A stretch of 64,000 bases of DNA from Ophelia neglecta (taxonomy: Eukaryota), in NCBI GenBank assembly GCA_965285935.1, contig OZ260667.1, positions 33,604,001-33,668,000 of the forward strand. Reading direction: 5' to 3'. Under the pieces are notes generated by a model, which saw nothing but the letters and a program-made list of their open reading frames with translations, did not search any database and had not been told where the DNA came from. Below are positions 53,901 through 64,000 of the stretch, one piece after another (the stretch's first letter is position 1; every line of letters begins with the position of its first letter). The translations under genes were made by a program, and so were the position numbers.

Positions 53901-56900
53901 TCTTAGCCTAAAGCCTTTTTGTTAAAAAGATGTTTTGCTGCAATAGATCCTTTACGCAAGGCAATTGGAATTTAATTCTTTGGGTATTGAGGTTTTATAC
54001 CATGAAGACTTTCTTTTGAAGGAGCAGTGAAAACATAGCTGTCATGCATAACTGCAAAACAGTCTTGGCTTTACACTTCCTCAGATCAACTGCCTATACC
54101 TGAAGGCGATCGACCACTTGATTGTGCCAGCAGGGATTTCTCTTTTAATACAGACATGGAGGAACGCTGCACACACAATGACAGTTTGATCGAATTCCCG
54201 CGCGCGCGAATTTCATAGCAGTCCTGCACCATTGATCGTCGTTTCTATAGATCTTATATTCAACAGAAAGATATCCAAAGAGACGATTTTAATGACGCAA
54301 GTCGGCTTTTACCGAAAACCGAGTAGTCGATAATGTGATTATATCAGAGTTTGCATTTATCAATAGTATATATAAAATAATTATGATCTAGCGGCCTGTT
54401 TCTTCGATTTCAAAAAGCTGTCTGCTCACTAAACCCGGACCTATTCAACAATGTGCTGTAATATTCGAACTCATATATCATGATCATCAGAATTTGGAGC
54501 AGTGCTCTGACATTTACTGGATGGGCTGCAAAATATATTCAACAAAACCGATAACCACTACCTCAAGAATTGGTATGAAGAGATCTAATACACATAGCCG
54601 AAACTGGTGGTGAAAAACATAACTAAGAAGGTCAAGAGATGTTATTTAGGCTGAGCTTGGTAGAAAAATGTTTGTTTTCTATGGTGGTTAACTAGGAAAT
54701 GTGTATATTCCTTCGAGAATTAAATATGATATAACAGGTGCAACATATCCCTATTTATATTAATGTTAGATAAAATAACAGAGCCAGACGAAATCCTTTT
54801 TTCTACAAACATTTAATACAATAGTATACAGTTGCCATTTCACAATTCTTAAGTATTATTGGGATCTCACAATCAGCGACAATAACATTTTACTGTATCT
54901 CCAGTACGCTAGGCAAATATGGGAATGAATACCGGGCCGACAATCTGAAATCACCAATTATCTATTAATTTGGTTCGATGACAGCTGCAGCCACACCTTA
55001 TATAAGAAAATATATCAGAAATGAACTATTAGTTTAAATGAACTTAACCGTAATGAAAGTAATTTTTTTATGCAAACTTTTACACATCTTATTCCTAGTT
55101 CCAAACGGATAAGGCCAAAAGGTGCAAATAGCCGATTACTCTCCTAAGATTTTAATTAAACAGTAAATCAAATGTGGGAAAAGGGCAAATTAAACAATGT
55201 AATTATATTAAAGCAATATACAAACCATGTCTTTGAAACTATATAGCAGCTATCTCAAAGTATATTTGATATTATATAAAAGATGTATTTAGTCTACTTA
55301 GACTGGATGCCAATAAAAATATATATTGTGCTATGTAATTTTATGACATGTTTATAATATTTGTATTGGATCCACTTCACTGCATCCCCTTGTCTTTCTT
55401 ATCAATACGTTCATTACCTACAAAACTTAAAATGGTCAAATAAGAAATAGTCTCCTCTGGAGTTTCGGTCAAATGCAACGGTCTGACTACTAAATCCGCC
55501 TTGAAGAATCTCGTCCATCGGTTAGAAATACTTTTGGTGCGATATGAGTTTCACCAAAGTAGTAACATTTGATTGAGCTACTTCAGATAAGCCCTATTTC
55601 CTATTTTTTCTCTGATGGGAAATTATAGATTGCATTAGTGACATCATGGCAGCTGCTGTCTGTCATATAATGATAATATGTGCCATAATATTCTGTCATA
55701 ATAGCTCATTATTTGACACCTGAAAGCTACTTAAGCCGGTTCATTGCCCGCCTGAATAATTTAGTGCTCACCAAAGTGATTAACTGGTAATACATAAAAA
55801 CGGGAGCGTATTGTTGAGTTGCAAATCTATGACCCAGATCAGAATGACAGATGGTTTCGAGGTACCAGTTTAATGCTTCTCTTGCCACAACGCTCCATCA
55901 AACAAACAAAGGAAGTCGGTACAACAAAGTCACTACACTAATTTTGAATACAGAAAAACATCTGCTCGCATCCATTACCTTTTGTAAGCATTCGATTGGT
56001 AAGATCACATCCGGTAAGTCATCTTTCACGCCCAACCCGAGTCCCCGGATAGCTTAAGGTGTTCAGTGGGTCTTAACTTGTACATCATCGAGAACACAGA
56101 CACCGATGTTTAACTGAAAATCTCTGCCGATAACTCAACTTGTGTTCTTGCCATTAGAGGCAGACGATTGCTGAAATAGGTCCCATTAAAATGGTAATTC
56201 GCCCGATTTTACTTGTCAAATCCATTATGCCGAGCAAGCTGTGATCAGTTTTTGCGCAGCATCCGTTTTGCTGAACGCTCGCCAAGGTCGACAGATCAGC
56301 GGTGGGCTAATCTGTATACGGCAGCCCCAGCCGTGATAAATATTAAAACCAGCCTGCCTCGTTTTTATGTAATTGTTCACAGCAGACACTCTGCTAGGTT
56401 ATTTATCATTTTGAGTACACGAACCATCTCAATAAATCACAACCAACTATCCCCAATTGAAATGATTTGACAAAAATATTTGTTCTCGGTGTCTATAGCA
56501 ATAGCAGCTTGAATCACTGTTTACAGCTCGACGTTATAAATCTGTTTGGTGGCGTTGCTCCATACATGAAACCATTTGTAGATTGTTGGAAAACATGACA
56601 AATTATGAGCGGAAACTAATAAACAAAGACCCAATCGAATTACAAAAAAAAACATGCAGGAGCCTGGAGCATTGGAAACAAACGTTATGGGGTAACTTTC
56701 AAACATTAGTATCGCCTGCGAAAGTTACATGCATATAAAAATACTGTGGAAAATTTATTTCGGTCGATCAGAGATAGCAATCTGCGTGAACAAGTTTGAA
56801 ATTAGACATATGCGGTAGAGAGATCAAACAGACACCGGAAGTGTTTGCCGAGATTAGTTCTAACTGTGCCAGTTGGGTAAAGAATTAGATTTGGATCGTA

Positions 56901-58755
56901 TTAAACGTTTCGGCATGTCTTATTTGACCGTTTACTGACTGCATGGCAGATTGGCATCACATCCAAAGATTCTAAAAGTAGAGACGCCCGCCCGCGGATT
57001 GCTCCATAAAAATTCTTCACTAAGACGAAAATAGTAAAATGGGCTCAAAGGACTCGTTGATAGATAGGTCCTCTCATTAAACCCGGCCAGATTCCGTGAG
57101 CACTGATATCGAAAGTGCCTAAACGACTCACAAACAACCGGTTTCCATGCCAAAGAAATCTCGTTAGCGACAAATAAGACGGTACAACGGGCTTTTCCAC
57201 AATGGACCGAGCCTTGTGATCACCGGGCAAAGTGATTATAAGACCCTCGAATCTGTGGAATGTATTAGCCCAACTTTTTATTTCCTGCCCTGATTGTGAC
57301 TTCCTCCTTGTTGACTCACTGCCATGAATGATAATATTTGATAGGGAACAGACAGGCAACTAAATATGTTTCGCATTTAAAGACTTGTATAGCTAAAAGT
57401 GACAGAAGACACAGGATGTATGCTAAGTGATTAGCGGTAACCGGACATATTTCGAGAACCGAGCTTTCCATATTATACCGTCGTAATTCCAATGTCTTCA
57501 AAAATACATTGACCATCTGAGGCCAATAAGAAGCCAATTAAGTTAATTTGAAAACCTCGATTAAGTAATTAATTTAATGGTAAAAAAAAGTTCCGAAATG
57601 GAAAGCTAAAGCGCAATTTGACAGAGAGGCGCGTAAAGATTTAAAGCATGTAGAGGGTAGACATACGACAATTAAGCATGCATGGTAGCCACATGATCCA
57701 GGGCTAAATGACTAAGTGTATATTTCCATGTATATTACATTTCCATGTTTATATTTCCATGTATATTATGATGAAAATATTCTGAGATTAGTCAATCACC
57801 GCTCACGTATTCATAACCAAATATCTCCTATGTCGTTGCTTTTATTCAATGGCCATAGTCTATTGGTTCTTTTTTCCCCCTAGTGGGAGATTACTTTGTG
57901 GCTATATTTAAAGACAAGCAAAAATGTTGGTTTAAATTGATACTAAAATAACCTAATTATGACCCTCCACAAACAGTTGTATGATATATGCACATTGCGA
58001 ATTTAATTTCAGACCAATACGGAAAATCTAAAATGATCTCAGGAAATCGACGTTCGAATTTGTGATAAAGAAATGTGAGAGAGAGCAAAACAATCTTTCC
58101 ACATTCTCAACTAAACTGCATTATATTGGAATCGACTACATCCGAATTAATGTAGGCGATTCAAGAATGTAGACTTTCATCTAAATATGGTGGACTGAAA
58201 TACCTCGGCTTGCGTTTTCCTCGCGACGAAGATGAGATGTAATAAATGACTTATTATTTCGACATTGACAAATTACTGCGCATGCCTTGCTATATGATCT
58301 GTTTCCCATCGTTCAGGAAGTACGGACGTCTTTAATTAACTATTATGGGATGGCTTGATGAAGTGCTAAGTACCAATTTTATCCCAAGATTTCCTCGAAG
58401 TCATAAATCATCCTATCGTTTCTGGCTTACCTCGTACAGTTAACATGACGGCGTAGTGTTTGCAATGCTCTTCAAGTATGACAATTTAATCTTTATGAAA
58501 CTTGTAGGAGCCCCAAGGAATTACTACATTACACCACTTCCCAATAGCTTTTTGCCGTGTGTCTTTGCTACTTAAAACCTTTTTCTGTCAATTGCTGTCT
58601 AATATTTTCGACTAGTTGCTTATTACCGGAGATCACGAGTCTCATGATAGATTGGACGTGGTCACGCACTCTGGCCATAATACAGTCGACTAAGAACACG
58701 GTTGCGTGTACAAATGCTTTCCGTCACTGATACAGTCCCCCGGCTTTCTGTAAAC

Positions 58756-58937
58756 GGCGAAAGCGAAAGCAGCTGCATTGGTACAAAACAGATAATCAAA
58801 GTATTTTTATAACCCAAACCTAACCTATACATTCCAGCTTTTACTGGGCAAAAAATTGGGTTAGCGTAAGGTTAACATTATGTTTATTTTATACAAAAAG
58901 TGGCAGTGCTGATTTTACGATAGCTTTCGCTTTTGCC
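58756..58937. mobile_element. Small (~180 bp) MITE-like element
   Basis: Terminal inverted repeats ggcgaaagcgaaagc / gctttcgcttttgcc (14 of 15 match), with internal aacctaac / ggttag motifs in opposite orientations. Confidence 0.45.
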
Positions 58938-60485
58938 ATAAACACACAAAGACCCCCCCCCCCCCGGGCCCCTCCCTCCAGTCCTCTCAACAGCTGACAT
59001 TTATGTTTCTTTGAATGCATCCCTACACCCTGGGGCCTTGGAAGTGAAAGCCCCAATTTCAGGTCTGATTTAACGTGTTGCCGATATCTCGCCTTTGTTA
59101 TTTACACAAAACTGAGACTCGGTTTTTTGCGGGCTAATCGTCACCAATGGGGTGAGGGGGTGCCCTTTCTATCTCCAGTCTGTCACTGGTGTATTTACCG
59201 CGGAGTGTAGGGTATTTAAGGTGACAAAACCCATCTTGGTGGTGTCCACTGGGACCTTCTACTAGTTCCGGGTCTGTCCGATTTCATTTCACTGATGTCT
59301 GTAGCTGGACACCGGATTTACATTTATATAGAAATTTACGAAAGCCTTTGCATGATCTTACAGTTTGTTTACTTTATTTTCTCGTTCGAGAAGGTGAAAG
59401 GAGCCCCATCGTCTGTGTTTTGCTTTACTATACACCTATTCGTGACATCTGACATCATAAATGTGCCCCTTATTATCGCTGAGATGTGCTTCAGACGACA
59501 GCGTGAGGGTATTGGAATACAGGCTAAGTCATCTGCCGTCACGAGCAGACGGCCATATGCATTCAATAGGAGGAGGGTAATTATTTAGCCGAGTCCCCAC
59601 ATAAGCTGATAGCAATTATTGATCGCCTGCCCATTCGTGTAACGTGATAGCAATTAGGCTGATTTAGTTTGCCATAGAATACCTCCTGGCGTCCAATACT
59701 AACACGGGTTTCCACAAGCTAAATATAAAGGAAATAACCGGACCGAGTTGACATTGATTTACGTTACATACAATTATTTTGTGTCCTGACGTTGACTACG
59801 CTCAGAATCAAGCTGGCTATATTGTGGACTTCTGCGGCCCCGGGGGAGGTGATAATGGGTAATTCCCGCCTGCCTTAACATCCACTCAATATCATTCCAC
59901 ATTCAGCTGAGTCGCTGACAGAGGGACAGTGGTGTTTATCAATTAATCTACATCGATTAATGGCAATTGTCACCGTGCGAGAAACTGAATTGATCCCGCG
60001 TTTGGAGGGACAAAAGATATTTCTAAACTGATATCAGCCGCTCATGACGCTCGCTAATTGACTTCTGAGAGAAAATGACCACGCCTCCAGCATATAAACA
60101 CATGTTTTTATTCTCAAAACATACATAATGTTTGACTTCACGACCCCGCCTCTAAATAAAATGCAAATATGGCCGTGACGGGGCTATTTGACAGGGGCAC
60201 TCTCACATTACGTAAACTATAAGCCTAAAAAGGCATTTTTTCAATATGCTTTGGCGTAATGCCGTTTTTTTTGCAGTAGATACATGTGCGCGAATGAACT
60301 TCAAAGAAAAAATAGCAGAATCTCGGAGACGAGTCCTAATCAAACTGTGTCATATGGTCTTCTTACCACCTACGCAGAGCCTGGGTGATATATTTAACCC
60401 TACATAGTACATTACAGCAGGACATTGTTGCTTCAGTAATGGTAACATGCGTTACCAGCATACGGCAGGGCTGTTTTACACCAAC

Positions 60486-61866
60486 GGTGGGGGTTGGAGT
60501 CTTTGACCGCTGTGCCCGTGGGTGGGGGTGGAGTCTTTGACCGCTGTGCCCGTGGGTGGGGGTGGAGTCTTTGACCGCTGTGCCCGTGGGTGGGGGTTGG
60601 AGTTATCGACCGCTGTGCCCTTGGGTGGGGGTTGGAGTCATTAACTGCTGTGCCCGTGGGTGGGGGTTGGAGTCTTTGACCGCTGTGCCCGTGGGTGGGG
60701 GTTGGAGCCATCGACCGTTGTGCCCATGGGTGGGGGTTGGAGTCATCGACCGATGTGCCCCTGGGTGGGGGTGGAGTCATTGACCGCTGTGCCCGTGGGT
60801 GGGGGTTGGGGTCATCGACCGATGTGCCTGTGGGTGGGGGTTGAAGTCTTTGACCGCTGTGCCCGTGGGTGGGGGTTCGAGTCATCGAGCGCTGTGCCCG
60901 TGGGTGGGGGTTGGTGTCATTGACCGCTGTGCCCGTGGGTGGGAATTGGGGACATCGACCGCTGTGCCCGTGGGTGGGGGATGGAGTCATTGACCGCTGT
61001 GCCTGAGGGTGGGAGATTGGGGTCATTGACCGCTGTGCCCGTGGGTGGGGGTTGGAGTCTTTGACCGCTGTGCCCGTGGTTGGGGGTTGGAGTCACTGAC
61101 CGCTGTGCCCGTGGGTGGGGGATGGAGTCATTGACCGCTGTGCCTGAGGGTGGGGGATTGGGGTCATTGACCGCTGTGCCCGTGGGTGGGGGTTGGAGTC
61201 TTTGACCGCTGTGCCCGTGGTTGGGGGTTGGAGTCACTGACCGCTGTGCCCGTGGTTGGGGGTTGGAGTCACTGACCGCTGTGCCCGTGGGTGGGGGTTG
61301 GAGTCTTTGACCGCTGTGCCCGTGGGTGGGGGTTGGAGTCACTGACCGCTGTGCCCGTGGGTGGGGGTCGGAGTCACTGACCGCTGTGCCCGTGGGTGGG
61401 GGTTTGAGTCACTGACCGCTGTGCCCGTGGGTGGGGGTTTGAGTCTTTGACCGCTGTGCCCGTGGGTGGGGGTTGGAGTCACTGACCGCTGTGCCCGTGG
61501 GTGGGGGTTTGAGTCTTTGACCGCTGTGCCCGTGGTTGGGGGTTGGAGTCACTGACCGCTGTGCCCGTGGGTGGGGGTTGGAGTCTTTGACCGCTGTGCC
61601 CGTGGGTGGGGGTTGGAGTCACTGACCGCTGTGCCCGTGGGTGGGGGTTGGAGTCACTGACCGCTGTGCCCGTGGGTGGGGGTTGGAGTCACTGACCGCT
61701 GTGCCCGTGGGTGGGGGTTTGAGTCTTTGACCGCTGTGCCCGTGGGTGGGGGTTGGAGTCACTGACCGCTGTGCCCGTGGGTGGGGTTTGAGTCTTTGAC
61801 CGCTGTGCCCGTGGTTGGGGGTTGGAGTCACTGACCGCTGTGCCCGTGGGTGGGGGCTGGAGTCAT
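60486..61866 (+). repeat. 35-bp G-rich minisatellite (~39 copies)
   Basis: Unit gtgggggttggagtc(tt/ac)tgaccgctgtgcccgtgg. It accounts for all long ORFs called in 60433-61831. Confidence 0.97.
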
Positions 61867-63442
61867 TATCCGTTGGGTCCTTTTGTTTGTCCTGCTATAT
61901 AGCGTGCAGAGTTTCCGCGAAGTGATTCTGCCGTGTTTTGCGAGTTCACCTGTCTAGCCTCATGATGCTCTGCGAGACATCCACCATAGCAGACAACAGG
62001 TTCGGTCCACCATCGGTTCTCGGTACACTAGGCAATGTGATCGCTATCAATCACTTACCTCATCAATTGAGACAGTTCGACCTTTAATGCCGAACTTGGT
62101 TTCTCTCGTCGAGTTAGCCACACATTCGATGCTCAAGGGCGGGTACGTCCGAGTCAACCAGTCGCTTTGGTACCGCAGGTTCAATACGGCGGTTCACTAT
62201 TATCAGTTTTATACAAATCCAATCGATCATGACCTTTTTCTTCATTACCCCTAGGCCCCAACCCATTTAACCAGTTTATTATTAATTTAGTTAGAATAAT
62301 TGGTCCAACCAGATTCATTACTTTGATAAATAATAACTTAAGGTTATCATAATGATCCTGAGTATAGAGTTTGGTGTGACCGATAGCTCTGTAATGGTAC
62401 CGAGCCTCATGTTTATGGTCCCCACATGACTGTCAAATGGGTTTCCATACTGCTCAAAATCAATACTGGCAGCATTGGAGTTATTTTCAAACAGCAGCCT
62501 CCCGTTGTGGTCAGCCATTGCTTCAAGCGGTGCAAGTCAAATCTTGTTTTCCCGAGAGGTCGGGGGGGGGGGGGGATCCGATCCACTGGCAATTGAATAG
62601 TGGTTGTATGATATGTCCGTGAGCAATATCGTCAAATATGGACGTACCACAAGGGAAGAGCTGAACGCTCATAAGCCAAGGGGCCATGGCTCAGCCATTA
62701 GCCATGAAGCATTCCCCAAGGTTGCAAATTATCGTCTGCTGTGTAGCGCTGCTGCAGCGGTTGCACAGAACTGCGCCGGCAGGCTCAATGCGCAGGCGCG
62801 CTGACTATAATCGCTGCCAATTGCGAATACACTGCTCAATTCAGAGAAAGACGACTGCTTGAAGGCTGTCCCCTGCATACAGCTCTTCAGTGATCGAACT
62901 AGATGTGGCCGATACCCACTGGCCTTTGATGCCAGCCTTATTTTATATGAAATCATGGATAGAAATCGGATTAAATACCATTTTACGGGAATGTTTTCAG
63001 TGATCTTTACGCATACAATTGAATTACCAGCGGGTGATCCAATATGAAGGTGTTCTATCATATGTGCCGAAACTGAAGGTGTGTTATGTTCCTACCAGTG
63101 TAGACTCGGTTTCCCCTCAAAGTGTGTAGCCAGTGTACTTTCCGCAGAAAAGGATTCTCGCCATATTACTTTCCTGGATGTTTGGCACACTATTGTGTTG
63201 TTGAATAGGCTTATATTGGGCTTGGCCAAATGTTTCAGTGGGCCAATGCAGATTTGGGACCACCCTGAATAGATATTGCTAGTGTTTCCCCTGACCTGAT
63301 CTTGGAGACAATACAGATTGGCAGTAACGCTATGTAAGAAACAATCTCCTGTTCAGGCTAGTCATAACACAACATAAATCCTAATCGGATTTATCAAAAG
63401 CCACAGTAAAGCGATTTGTATCGCTACAAAACAAGGTTAACT

Positions 63443-63868
63443 ATGAAAATGCTTGCTAATAGGTTCACCCAATCTTTTGTGGAGCACCACCAAAGACCTG
63501 ATAAACAGCAGACGGGTAACGGTAGTGTAGGCTCGCACGGCGGGCTGGACAAGCCCCCTCCGCTGCCCACCAAGGGAATGCCACCCCCGAACTTTTACCA
63601 CCACAAAGGTCCCGCTCCCCCGCCTCCGAGACCGGGCTTCTTCCGTAGCCCCTCCAGCGACTCGGGCTGCTCAGACGTGTTCTTTAACCGCGCCGACACC
63701 AGCACCAACACGACCAAGACTCCGTCTTATACATTCTCTGCTTTTTCTTCCTCCTCACAGGAGATGGTCGGTGTAGAAACCTTCATTGACTTTGTAAAGA
63801 AAAGGGACATTGGCAGAATCAAGTTCGCTATACGAGAAACAAACTTCGATATTGACTCCCAGGATGAA
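63443..63868 (+). CDS. 5' coding exon of an ankyrin-repeat protein, KIDINS220/ARMS-like, with a Pro-rich N-terminal extension (gene continues beyond the window)
   Basis: ATG at 63443 gives 142 open codons with GC-rich, codon-like composition, ending GAA|GTAAGT (phase 0). The C-terminal part MVGVETFIDFVKKRDIGRIKFAIRETNFDIDSQDE resembles, from memory, the first ankyrin-like segment of KIDINS220 (VINYVEEENIPALKALLEKCKDVDERNE). The exon is well supported; the family call is tentative. Confidence 0.75.
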
Positions 63869-64000
63869 GTAAGTATAACATTCATTTATACTTCATTATA
63901 CTATTACGCAGCTTGTAATATGTTTTATTTTCAGATTCCTGACTTATTGGTTGATTTTATATTACAAATTTCTGCCAGTTTCTACTGAATCGGATCGATA

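Noticed and set aside
60433-61831. Several long Pro/Thr/His- or Gly/Trp-rich ORFs
   Set aside because: By-products of the 35-bp minisatellite; the unit is not a multiple of 3 and the same peptide recurs in all frames.
63869-63988. Continuation of the 190-aa ORF past the donor, and a ttttcag acceptor at ~63934
   Set aside because: AT-rich intron read-through after a perfect GTAAGT; the peptide does not continue the ankyrin pattern.

Overview
Eukaryotic (animal) genomic DNA, roughly 40% GC by eye, gene-poor and repeat-rich. It is probably a lophotrochozoan such as a mollusc, inferred only from the repeat types. No prokaryotic operons, rRNA, intact tRNA or CRISPR arrays were seen. The clearest host coding sequence is a plus-strand exon at the right end (63443-63868): a Pro-rich N-terminus followed by the start of an ankyrin-repeat region resembling KIDINS220/ARMS, ending in a phase-0 GTAAGT donor. 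Small phase-1 plus-strand exons at 26136-26175, 42309/42312-42407 and 48565-48603 can be spliced in frame and may be a distal 5' end of this or another gene. The best-resolved mobile element is a ~2.2 kb non-autonomous CACTA/EnSpm (CMC) derivative (21339-23529). It carries two exons of the SAMD3-like accessory ORF, and its left end has lost CAC and is fused to a perfect 46-bp palindrome of flanking DNA, which looks like a hairpin-resolution scar from an abortive one-ended excision. The rest is decayed Gypsy, LINE, SINE and MITE remnants and several minisatellites (21, 31, 35, 40, 50, 56 and 64 bp units). Most ORFs in the supplied track are spurious. All family assignments are from remembered motifs, not database searches.
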